Of a DNA stretch of 64,000 nt, positions 50,501 to 61,922 are shown in pieces. Made by a program: the position numbers and the translations under genes. Numbering within the stretch: the stretch's first letter is position 1; the number at the start of each line of letters is the position of its first letter. This stretch comes from Camelus dromedarius (lineage: Eukaryota). The notes below the pieces were generated by a model that was not told the DNA's origin, did not search any database, and saw nothing but the letters and a program-made list of their open reading frames with translations. The stretch is from positions 18,106,001 through 18,170,000 of the forward strand of contig NC_087437.1 of NCBI RefSeq assembly GCF_036321535.1, written 5' to 3'.

Positions 50501-53500
50501 TTGAAGTGAGGCTGACTTATTGAATCTAATGGATATTCAACTGGCACTCTTTCTCCCTCACCAGAGGGAGGGTTGGGTTTTGTTTTGTTCTGAACCCTTC
50601 TCTCGCTCTGTTATGAGACTGCGAAGAAATAGGAGGCCCAGTTGTTATGAAGCTTTGGCAAAAGAAAGCACCAACTGTAACATTAGCTTCAAGATAAATA
50701 CACCCCAGAGCTCGGGAAGAAAACCTTCTTTAATTGCTGCGGCGCCTTCTTGGCATGGGCAGAACCCCCAGGGAGGCCTTGGAGTGTTATCAGACCCGAT
50801 GGGGGACCCTACAACTGTGCCAACCCCTGAGGACTCTGGAGATAATTGCAAGCTGAAACACCACCGAAGAGGCATCCTGATTGAAGACTCACTCACCAGC
50901 AGTCATTTGCGGAGCCCTGTTGGATTTCACGACTCGGGAAAATTTCCATTGCTCCACGAGAGAGCACCCTGTACAACAGCAGGCCCCTCCCTCTCTGCCC
51001 CAGATATTCAGATCCATGCTTTTCAGAGTGAAGATATTGGAAATCCACAGCACCTGCCGTTTTAGCTCCGCAGAGCAGCCTCAGGCCAGGGGTTGCCAAA
51101 GATGAGGGTGTGGAACACCCTGAAACGGGGAGGGAATGAGGATGAAAGGCGCCTCTGTGATCCCCTTGACACTGAGCGTGGACGTTCCCTGAATTCTGTG
51201 TAGATTGCGTCTCGAGGTACATACGCATGCTTCTGCCCTGGGGGACATCCATGTTCAGTTTGGATCCCATTCACGAAGTGATTCTTCCCTCCACAACAAG
51301 AGTTGAAAATCTCTTCTATCCAGACAACAGGAACTGCACCCTCGGGGCCCAGGTGAAAGAGAGAAAGGGAACGTCACTGCATCAAGCAGCAGTTTCTGGA
51401 ATAACAAGTTACTGCGTACAGATGTCCGACTACAAACCCAGATGTTTAAGAAAATAACTTTGTCCATTTTTTTCATAGCTAAGCATAACGTTTACTTTTA
51501 GCCTCATTTCACTCAATGACTGAAACTCAGATCTTCTTTCTATGTTTTCCTGAGCTTGAATCCAAGCTCCAGAGCTTATACGGTATCAAGGCATCAGGGA
51601 GGCATTGTCTGCAGAGAATGTAAAAGCAAGAATAAAATTTACACCATATCGAGCTGCTTTTTTTATCATCATGTGACTATTCTGTACAATGTCAACGATG
51701 AACTTCTCCTCAAAGATATCTTTTGTTGGTCTAATATCTAAACCACTGCTGTGGATACTCTTGAGTATTATATATGGAGGCTCCAAATTAGGACTTTTTA
51801 TTATTTCTCTTTTAATAAACATTTTCTACATTTAATTCAGGAAGTTTCTGCTGCCCTGTTGGCACCAACACACTCGAACTTAGCTTCCTGCATTCATTTT
51901 AAGGGTAAATTTTAAAGGTGCAGCATCATTGTGTTTTTTTGTTCCAGGTAGAGTTTAACATCTCCAGCTCCTGTAGGACCACATACCCCTGCATTTAACC
52001 AGTAGATTTAAATAAGCCATGACAGCACAGTTATTATAAAGACAAAGAACATGTGTTATTTCAATTCTGTCATACTAAGAGACCACTTAGAGGTTTTCTA
52101 ATTTCAAACTTTAAAACAGAGTGCAAACAACAGTATGTTTTCTTTCTTCAAAAAAGATCCTAATGTAAGTAGAAAGTATTAAGTCGTTACTTTTCCCCTT
52201 TTCTGTATTTATTTTTATTTATTTTTTTATTTATTAGCATGATATGGAAGTTTGAGAAAAGTAAACTCTCACTGTTCATATTTTTCCTTTGGCCACTGTT
52301 ATTGTTTCCTTTCATGATTATACTGAAAATAATTTGGTCACATGCAGGGAGGAAACATTAACAAGTGATTGTGGTGTCAAATATACTGGGCACACAGCAA
52401 TGTTAGCGTTGACATGCTAATCACTGAAATAGCACCTTTTTTTTGGCCTTTAGGGGAACTTCTGTTTCTAAGGATGACTGGGAAGGCTACAGGGCCTGCC
52501 TGGGATGTCATCCGTGAGCAGAGAAAAACTATTCCAAGACTGGGTTAAGTGAACATCGGGGAAGGAAAATTGTCTTGGGCTTGCAACCTACAGATTCAGC
52601 TCCTTCACTGTATTTTGCAAAACATACCAGAGAGAAGAGAACACCTGAGCTGTACTCTCACGATTACACTGAACTGAAACATGACAGAATGAGCGGGGAA
52701 GATCAGCCAACCGCAAGTGCCACCATCACACCTCGTGTGAGGACGTGCCTGGGCACAGCAAGACCTGTGGAGACACACAGGGGGTCGCCAGAAACCTGGT
52801 CACTGCCAAAGGGCGGTGAATGGGCATTCGATTCCTCATCCCAGGTAGTGACTTTCAAAAAGCTCCTTCGTGAAGGGAAAATTAAAAGTGATCACAGAAC
52901 CTGTCTCTATGTGCTTAATCAGATGGCTGTATTTATATGTAACCGTCTAGCAAAAAAAATTAAAAAATTAGAAAAAGAGTTCAATCTCATTAACAAACTT
53001 CTTTTTGGTCTTTCTAAACATCCCCAAAGACTGCTTCAAATAGATGTAGACAGTCTGGCTTTTAGAATCAGTGAGTCCTGCAGAGAGGCAACTCGTTAAG
53101 AAGCTCCCTCTCCCACCAAAGGCCACATTAACAGCCTTATTTCTGTCTGACGGAGCTTCAGGCCACACTCACATTCTTCTAAAAAATAAATAGAAATACC
53201 ACAAAACCTTGATTACACAGAAGATAAGAATCTGAAAAGTACTCTAATCTAAAACGGTAATGGAGGCATTAATTTTATATATAATTGGAGGGTAGAGACC
53301 TCTGCCCACCAATTTGACATTAATTTCACTAAAAGAAGATATTAAGACACAACCTTGTAATGGAATTATTAATCTGATTAAAACTTTACTCATCAACGTG
53401 AACAAGCAAATCAAAAGAGAAGAAGTAAAAATGTCCACAAATACAGAAAAAGGTGCTTACTGGCAGGTAATCATCAAAGAATTGTAGGTTAAAATGGGGT

Positions 53501-53594
53501 ACCACTTCCATCTATTTTTTCTCAAAAGTAATAAAATATTGATAAGCCTCAGTTTTTGAGAATATGGAGAATTATCATTTAAACATATTGTTTT

Positions 53595-53882
53595 TAAACA
53601 TAGAAAACAAACTTAAGGTTACCAAAGGGGAAAGGGTGGGGGGAGGGATAAATCAGGAGTTTGGGATTAGCAGATACACACTACTATGTATAAAATAAAT
53701 AAGCAAGGTCCTACTGCATAGCACAGGGAACCATTTTCAATATACTGTAATAAACTGTAATGGAAAAGAATCTGAAAAAGGATATATATGTATATGTATA
53801 ACCGAATCACTTTTCTGCACACCAGAAACTAGCACAACATTGTAAATCAACTATTCAATTAGAAAAATAAAAAATAAAAAAA
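53595..53882 (+). mobile_element. 5'-truncated L1 3' end with A-tail and probable TSD, nested in an older L1ME-like remnant (~53370-54190)
   Basis: 'acatagaaaacaaacttaaggttaccaaaggggaaaggg...gataaatcaggagtttgggattagcagatacac'. TSD taaacatattgtttt (53580-53594) / taaacatactggttt (53883-53897). Confidence 0.92.
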
Positions 53883-54772
53883 TAAACATACTGGTTTGTT
53901 AGCAGTAGTATAAGCTGATCTAACTTTTTGAGAGAACAATATGATCAAAATTTTAAATGCATTACTTTTTTATGCTTATACCAGATAGTTCACTTTAGGG
54001 ATTTTATCTTAAGGGACTAATGAAACAAGTGGGAAAAGATGAACGTTCTACGATCTCAGTATCATTGATATCATTATAAATAATTATAATTAAAAACTGG
54101 AAACAAACTAAACATACATTATAAGGAATTGATTGAATAAATTACCATATAGTCAAATGATGGAATACTATGCAATCTTTTAAAAGACGGGGGTACCACT
54201 GCTGACATAACAAAAATGCAATTTTATTTTTGGTCTGCTATTGTCATTTTAAAGTTTGGTCCGTGGGTGTAAATTTCTCCTGCAACTAGATGGAACCGAC
54301 AGCGAGCCATGATTTTTCTTCTCACTCTTGGTTAGACAATCCCACAGTCACTTTAAGCTACAATTACTGTCTCAAGTGAAAAATCAGAATGCCTGGTCCA
54401 CAGTATTAATCAAAACTGCAAACGTGATTTAATATCATTTATATACAAGACCTATTAAGATACTAACCTTTTGTCATTTGTCTTTTAGTTTCGTTTTTGA
54501 TACATTTGCTGTAGAGCAAATCTGTTTCAGGCCAGAAATCTGCAACTGCAAAGGCTAGGGTTGTCTTCTTTGCTCTTTTCCACATAGAACTTCTCCTCTT
54601 TCCTTCCCCTGTGACACCCACGACCTCCCAGGAAGACCTGTCAGCTAAGTCTGGCTCCTTGGGGTTGAGTGAAGTGGGGTGGCGGGTAGGGTGGGAAAGG
54701 GTGGTGAGTGGACAGGAAAGGCCTTATTTGAATTTGCCCAATGATAAACTCATGGCTCAAAGAAAGTGAATC

Positions 54773-55008
54773 TGAATTAGGGGTTGAGGATTAACAGACA
54801 CACACTACTGTCTATAAAATAGATAAACAACAAGGACCTACTGTATAGCACAGGGAACTATTTTCAATTTCTTGTAGGAACATATGATGGGAAAGAATCT
54901 GAAAAGAAAATATGTATGTATGCATATGTATCACTGAATCACTTTGCTGAACACTGAAACTAAACACTGTAAATCAACAACCCTTCAATTAAAAGTTTTT
55001 CTGAAAAG
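54773..55008 (+). mobile_element. 5'-truncated L1 3' end with probable TSD
   Basis: 'aaaatagataaacaacaaggacctactgtatagcacagggaacta', 'ctgaatcactttgctg'. TSD aagaaagtgaatc (54760-54772) / aagaaaatgaatc (55009-55021). Confidence 0.9.
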
Positions 55009-55477
55009 AAGAAAATGAATCCAAAATCAGGGTGGAGCAATAGGGCACTAAAGCCAGAATCCAACCTGAAGTCCAAAGGAAGCAGGTAGCGCTGTTGGCT
55101 AAGCTGGCCCAGCTCTGACGGAGAAAGGAGCAGAGGGCATCTCAAGTAGCGGGAAAGGTACGGAGAGGCTGGGAGGCGAGGCAAACAGCCTGTGCAAGAA
55201 ATAGTAGGTAGTCCAGGGAATTAGGAAAGAAGGGGCATTGGAGTGGGGGGTGGGGGGCAGGGACCATGGCTGCCCAGCCCTTACTCTGCCTTGTATAGCT
55301 CACCACCTCCTGAGCAAGGTGTCTTATGTGGTCTCCTTTGACAAATGGCAGAGCTGAGGCTCAGAAAAATTGAGTAAAAAGCAAAGCATGAAGAAAAGCC
55401 TAGGATCCCCCAATTCCAAATCCCATGTTCCTTCCACATGTCAATGATTACCAAACAACCCACAAAACCAGTATCAG

Positions 55478-55642
55478 GTTAGCTTCTCAGAATCTTCTGG
55501 AGAACTTCTCTAAAACTCGTAATCCATAATCCCTGGCCTCATCCCAGACCTACTGAATCAGAATCTCTAGGAGGATCAGAAAATGGGATTTATTCATCAG
55601 CTCCCTAGGTGATCCTGTGGCATAGCTGAGTTGGGGAACTAA
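55478..55642. mobile_element. hAT-Charlie MITE, MER5-like
   Basis: 'ccctggcctcatcccagacctactgaatcagaatctctagg', 'cagctccctaggtgatcctg', 'agttggggaact'. Confidence 0.8.
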
Positions 55643-56379
55643 CATGTTAGGTGTGTCACATGACCTCCAACAAATCTGCAGGGTAGGGGATGTGGGGGAG
55701 TGAGCCACTGTTTCCTGGGCACCTACCTTGCTTTGCTTAATTACAAGCATCTCCTGGGTACTGCTCTAAGTATATTATCATATGTTGTCCTTCCCCGACA
55801 AGCTTTTGAGATTGAGAGTATCTCCATCCTAGTGAAGGAGCTGCCAACAGTTATGTGGTGCGCTGGAAGTGCCCTTAGCTGGTACGCAGCACAGTTGGGA
55901 TATGACCCCAATCTGCTGGACCCCTAGTTCTCAGTCCTTGTGACTTTCCACACTCCTACACGGGGGAAAGGCCTTATGATGGTGGGAGAAGGGAGGAGAG
56001 ATCAAGATGAAAGGGATAATTCCGGAGAAATTAAAGAGAGATGTGAAGTAGCGGCCCAGACTGTGGGAAACCATGGCAGGGTAAGTGAGCATGAGGGACA
56101 CTGAGGAGCGGTCCAGCCACTGTGCTTGTGGCCTCTCCCAGCCTTTCCTGACTCCCTGCCTGATGAAGACCTTGTGGCTTCGAGAAGCCTTTTCTCCGAG
56201 GGGCTGGCTCCCTCTTGTGGCAACCGCTGCTCATCACAGACTGATCTGTGACCAGGCAGCCTTGCAGAGCGGAGGTGGCACTGGAATCATCTGGGAGGGC
56301 TGCTCACTGGAATCACCTGGGAGCTCTTAAAACCCACAGCCCAGGTCAATGAAATAGGAATATCTGGGGAGATGTGCAC

Positions 56380-56668
56380 CTGTGCTGTCCAACACAGTAG
56401 CCACTAGCCACACATGGCTATCGAGCACTTGAAATGTGGCTAATTCAAAATGAAACACAAGTGTAAAATACACTGGATTTCAAAGACTTAATACAAAAAA
56501 GAGAATGTGAAATATCTTGTTAATATTTCTATTAATTACATGTTGAAATGGTATTTTGGCTATACTGAGTTAAAGAAAATATATCATTTAAATTAATTCA
56601 CCCACCTCTTTTTACTTTTTAAAATGTAGTTATGAGAAAATTTGAAGTCACCTATGTGGTTTGCATGT
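56380..56668. mobile_element. hAT-Charlie MITE, MER33-like (next to a MER5-like fragment at ~56300-56379)
   Basis: 'ctgtgctgtccaacacagtagccactagccacacatggctatcgagcacttgaaatgtggcta', 'gtaaaatacactggatttcaaagactta', 'ttacatgttgaaatg', 'tatgtggtttgcat'. Confidence 0.85.
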
Positions 56669-56989
56669 GTGGTTCAGATCATATAGAAGCTCGGCAGATT
56701 TAGGAAATGAAAATACTGGATGCCCAGGGTCAGCCCATGAAAGGAGGTGCACACCTCCTGGCCCCAGAGTGATTGAGTAATAAATAAATTCAAGAGCAAA
56801 TAGGAAGAAAAAAAAGAGCAAATAGGAGGATGATTTGGTGGACACACTCGTAGTAAACTGCACCCAGCTGAAGGAGGCAGTGGCTCAGAAAAAATAAATT
56901 AAGTGAATGAACACATAAAATGAATTGAATGAATGAATGTCCCTCTGTCTACCTGACTAAACTCTGGCTTTACTCCTTCTATCTTTCCA

Positions 56990-58890
56990 GGACTTCAATC
57001 TCTCAACTATTCCCTCACTCTTCTGAACCTCTATTCCTCTTCCTCTCTCCTGGTTTCCACTTACCAGCACTTACATGCTCCAGCCATGCCTTCTCACCCA
57101 ACCCCCCCACATTCTTTCAACCCCATATTCCTTTCTCATCTCCCCTTTCATCAAACTTCTGGGAAGAGACACCTACTGTAATTCTCTCCTTTTCCCCACA
57201 TCCTATTCACTCCTCCACTCCCTGCATCTGTCTTCCCTGTCTCTCTACTGAAATTACCCTCAGAAGAGGACAGAAGAGAACCAGCGATCTCTTTTTCATT
57301 CAATCCACTGAATACCACTCAGTCCTCCATTAGCTTGACCTCCAGCAGCACTCGACAGTGTCCCACTCTCTCTTCTCCACTCTTTTCTCTTGCCTTCCAT
57401 GACCCCACGTTCCAATTTCCTTCCACCTCTCTGCCTGTCCTTTCCCAGTGTCTTTGTCAGTGCCCCTTGCTCTGCCTGTCCTCTGGTATTGGGAGTATCC
57501 CAGGGTTCTTGTCTCTGGCCCTCCCAGCTACTGACACTATATTCCTTGTGATCTCATTCCTCTAATGACTGTCTCTTCTCTCTCATCAGGTACCGTCCAT
57601 ATGCTGATAACTCAGAAACCTATACCTCCAGAGCCCTACATCTCACTGTCTACGGGACCCCTCTATACGTACAACCCACAGATAGCTCAAAGTCAGCCCC
57701 TCCCCAGATGAACTCATCTGTCTCCTGTCTCCAACCTCCAAAGAGTTCTCCTTCTGCCACGTTTTTAATTGTAATAAAATCTACCATTGTACCCTCAAAA
57801 TCTAAGCTAGAATTTAGGGATCTTTCTTAACACCTTCTTCTCTCTTACCCTCTTCAAAATCACTCACCAAAGCCTATCAGCGCAGCCACCGTTGAAACAG
57901 GTACTGCAAGTTGACTCATTCAAAGCCATTCCAGTTACTTTCTAGCATGAGTTCCTGTACAGAGATTGTACACTTCTGTTGCTTCCTTGCCGCTAGGGGG
58001 GACCTAGTGATGTTACTGAGTCTATTCTGTGAGTCTTCCTATACGTTCTGCGAGCTACCTAATATCTTACAATAAATCCTTTCCTGCTTACATCACCTGA
58101 AATGGATTCTGTTTTCTGCAACTAAGAACCCAGACTAATACAACCTTTTAAGTAAACCTCAAATCCATCTACATCTCTGCTTTGGCATTGCCACTCCTTC
58201 AGTCCAGGCCACCGTAAGTTCTTGCCTGGCTCACTCAAAAGCCTTCTGGATTGCCTGCTGTTAGCAGTTGCCCGCTAATCAGTTTCATTCTCCCTATGCA
58301 ACCAAAGTAAGTAAGATGTAAATACGAGCATGTCCCTCCACTCTTAAATCCTTCATTGGCTTGCCACCACATTTGGAATGGAGTCCAAAATTCTTAACAG
58401 CCCTAGAAGACCCTCCATGTTCACTCCATGGCCTACAAGTCCTCTATGTCCTGGCTTCTGCCCAGCTCCCCAACTCCCTAGCCCCTCTCTCAAATTCACC
58501 CCGCTTCACTCTGGGCTGCAGCTGTTCCAAACCTCCTTTAGCACCTGGTCCTCCCACCCTTACTCTTCATTCCCAGCTTTGCACAAACTACTCTGTACCT
58601 AAAACACTCTTTACCTGGCTCTTCCCACTTCCCCTTTTGTGGCTCATTTCCAATCATCCTTGTTGCCATTTCATTCAGGAAGTTTCCTTAAATACAAAGA
58701 TCAAATGATATTTTCTGGAGTATAATCCTGTACTTCATCTATGTCATGTTTTTGGTAATTTCATAACTATCTACATCCTGCCTCTAGACCATGAGTTCTC
58801 TGAGGGCCAAGACCACATCTGTATTACCACTCAGTCCCTAGCACCTTCCAGAATTATTAGTATGCTTACTAATTTTTAAAATAAATTAAT
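56990..58890 (+). mobile_element. Fragmented L2 (ORF2 3' part and 3' end), interrupted by an LTR
   Basis: Pyrimidine-rich L2 landmarks: 'cttgacctccagcagcactcgacag', 'ctcttgccttccatgac', 'ccatatgctgataactc', 'tagaccatgagttctctgagggccaagaccacatctg', 'tccctagcacct'. Confidence 0.75.
57885..58142 (+). mobile_element. ERVL LTR 3' part (LTR33/40/41-like) nested in L2
   Basis: 3' end 'aataaatcctttcctgctta...atggattctgttttctgcaactaagaacccagactaataca'. Confidence 0.7.
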
Positions 58891-58904
58891 GCTTTAGCAA
58901 ATAC

Positions 58905-59070
58905 ACTTGAACATAAATTGTACCTAATCTCTCAGTGCCTCAGTTTCTTCATCTGGAAAGCTGGGATAGTGTTGTTACGAAGATTAAATTAGGCAGTACC
59001 TCTGCCGTGTTTATAATGATGCCTGGCACAGCATGAGTGCTCAGTAAACGTCAGTGGCCATTATTATTGA
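58905..59070 (+). mobile_element. MIR
   Basis: 'cctaatctctcagtgcctcagtttcttcatctggaaagctgggata', 'gaagattaaatta', 'tgcctggcacagcatgagtgctcagtaaac'. Confidence 0.85.
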
Positions 59071-59789
59071 TTCTCTACATAAGAATGCTCCGTGTCAGTT
59101 AGTGCCACGGAAACTGAGGAAGACACTGAACTGAGATCTAAGTGTACACGGTATGGAGCAGGAACAGCTTCAGAGGAGCAGGATCCCAGGTGCAAAGGTG
59201 ACGTGAGAACATAAGACTGTCAGGAAATTGCAGAAATGGTGGGCAGGGCTTTGTAGACCCATGAGCTGTAGAATGAGAGACAGAATTAGTCTCTTAAGAG
59301 ACTAAGTGCTCTGGGTAATCACGTTAACATACTTGCATATCCATATCCCCGGGAAAAACAAGGCTTCGGGCAAAAAGCAGTTTCATTTCAAAATGAGAAA
59401 AACTTTTTTTTTCCACTCCATTAACTTCTCTTTACAAAAAAAAAAAAAAAAAAAAAAAATTCTAGAGACAAAATTCTGACTCAAGCATACAGCAAAAAAA
59501 TGTATCTTACCCATCAGGATACTTGGCCTCTCAGTCTACAAACATCTATACTATGGTTGGTGGTGATGACACCACATTTTCCCCAAGAATTGTAAGTGAG
59601 CAAGTAATTTGCATGTGTATGATTACATTGTTAATTCCAGTGGTGCCTATAACAAAATACAGCCTGTCTTGAAGCAATATTAGAGTCTCTTATCTCTGGT
59701 GAAACAAAAAACTACTTACAATTTAAATGTTAGTTTTTTTTTAACTTCTACCCATCCAGATTTCAAAAATCAGAGATTCTGGTTTTTCA

Positions 59790-60130
59790 AAAATCAGATT
59801 ACACATAAAATGTAAACACAACAAATAGCCTAAACACTCAACAGTGGGGGAAAGGTTAAACAAACATGGTTCATCCACATAATAGGGTGTTAAAACTTAT
59901 AATTACAATAAAATTTTGATAAAGAAAATATTACAGCTTGATAAAAAGCTTGATAAAAACTACACGTGTAGTACAATCCCAATGGTGTAAAAAAATATGT
60001 ATTCAAGGAAAGATGACCAGAAGGAAATAAAGCCAAAATGTTAATAGTCGTACCTTTAAGAGGTAGAATGACAGATTATTGTTTTATTCTCTATGCTTTT
60101 CTTGTTTTTTGGATTTTTTACATTTTATAA
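59790..60130 (+). mobile_element. Old L1 (L1ME-like) 3' end
   Basis: 'aatagcctaaacactcaacagtgggggaaaggttaaacaaacatggttcatccacat', 'gaaggaaataaagccaaaatgttaatagt'. Confidence 0.6.
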
Positions 60131-60142
60131 TTTTATTTTAAA

Positions 60143-60468
60143 ATTTTTTTATTACAATTTATGTTTTAAAGCAGTATTAGGTTCACAGAAAAACTGAGGG
60201 GAAAGTAAGAGATTTCCCAGGTACCCCCTGCCCCCACACATGGATAGTCTCCCCCAGCATTAACATCCCCCACCAGAGTGGTCCAGTTGGTACAAATGAT
60301 GAACCTACGTTAACACATCAATATCACCCAAAGTCCATAGTTTACATTAGGGTTCACTCTTGGTGTTGTACACTCTATGGGCTTAGACAAATACAAGCTG
60401 ACACCATAGTACCACACAGAGTAATTTCCCTGCCCTAAAAATTCTTTGCTCCACCCATTCATCCCTCT
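60143..60468 (-). mobile_element. L1MC1-like 3' end
   Basis: 'aggttcacagaaaaactgagggga', 'gagatttcccaggtaccccctgcccccacaca', 'catcccccaccagagtgg', 'cacccaaagtccatagtttacattagggttcactcttggtgttgtaca'. Confidence 0.9.
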
Positions 60469-61239
60469 TTGGATTAAAATTTTTTTTATTCTTTAACATT
60501 TTCTACCATTTCACATTACTCTTTCGATAAAAAAAAAAAAAAATACTGTCATTGACAGAAACTCTTCTGTGAAGGAAAATGCAGTTTGGAGCTTTCCTCT
60601 TTCCATGACTCAGAAACACTTTGAGAATGTTTTCAGCTCCCCCATGTAAAAGCAGCAGAAGGTGAACAAGCAGTTTCTGTGCTGAGTATTAGGAGGAGTC
60701 AGGGGCCTCGCGGCCCCCAGCTAATCAAACAGAAACCAGCCCTCCCCACTTTGTTTGCTCTCTTGCCTCATTCTCTTCCTGAGAGCGGGAAACACGGAGT
60801 GCCACGGCTTCCTGATGTGAGTGTCGGCTCAGATAAGGCTGCGCTGGTGGTAAATGAAACCTCCTATGACCATCACTCCAACCACGCATCCTATAGGGGA
60901 TTTCTTCTCATCTTACTGCAGACGTTAACTAAAGATGAGTCAACTTTATCTCAACTTTTTTTCATTAAAAATTTTCATTTAAATCAAAAGCCAGCGGAGG
61001 GTGCAGGGAGGGAACCCTCCTCAGTTCACGTACACATTTTCTTTAGTTGGGAAACAGTCATTATCCAGAACTTTTATCAGGAATGTTCCAAAGCATCACC
61101 GTGCTCGCTTTTACCAGCCCAACCTACAGAAATCTCCCTGGGAGGACTAGCAGTATATTTTCCTTTAGCACATCTCCACTCTTCAAAGTGAAAGCTTGAC
61201 TTTAAATTCTTAAAGGAGATAATTTCCCACCATTTTACC

Positions 61240-61922
61240 ACATTCCATTGGTTCTTCTCACTTTCTTGATGGTGTCCTTTGATGCGCAAAATTTTATTTT
61301 GATAAAGTTCAATTTCTCTCTTTTCTTTTGTTGCATACGCTTTTGGTGTCATATCTAAGAAACCATTGCTTACTCCAAGATCATGAAGATTTATGTCTAT
61401 GTTTCCTTCTAAGGGTTTTTATAGGTTTAGCTCTTATATTTAGGTCTATGGTCCACTTTGAGTTAATTTTTGTACATAATGTAAGGTAGGGGTCCAACTT
61501 CATTCTTTTGCATATGGGTACCCCAGTTGGTCAACACCATTTTTGAAGAGATTATTCTTTCCTCTATTGAATTGTCTTGGGACCCTTGTCAAAAATAAGT
61601 TGACCGTAATGTGAGGGTTTATTTCTGGACTCTCAGTTTCATTCCATTATGCCTACACCACACTGTCTTGTTTACTGTAGATTTGTAATAAGTTTTGAAA
61701 TTGAAAAATGTGAGCTCTTCAGTTTTGCTCTTCTTTTACAGGATTGTTTTAGCTATACCAGATCCTATGAATTTCTGTATGAATTCTAGGATAAGTTTAT
61801 CATTTTTACAAAGAAGTCAGCTGGAACTTTTAGAGAGATTGCATTGAATGTGACGATCAATTTGAGGAGTATTGCTACCTTAACAATATTGTTTTCCTTT
61901 TCATGAACAGGGGATGCTTTTC
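61240..61922 (-). mobile_element. L1 (L1MB-like) ORF2 3' remnant
   Basis: 'gcttttggtgtcatatctaagaaaccattgc', 'ttgagttaatttttgta', 'ggggtccaacttcattcttttgcatatgg', 'tttatttctggactctc', 'gattgcattgaat'. Confidence 0.88.

Noticed and set aside
50520..51065. Longest ORF (181 aa) as a CDS
   Set aside because: Non-ATG start, no recognisable domain, overlapping ORFs of similar quality in other frames; consistent with chance.
52575..53099. 174-aa ORF with a helical-looking C-terminus
   Set aside because: TTG start, the Lys/Ile-rich part derives from A-runs, and there is no recognisable family or convincing splice context.
60679..61191. 170-aa ORF
   Set aside because: GTG start, no recognisable homology, composition typical of non-coding DNA.
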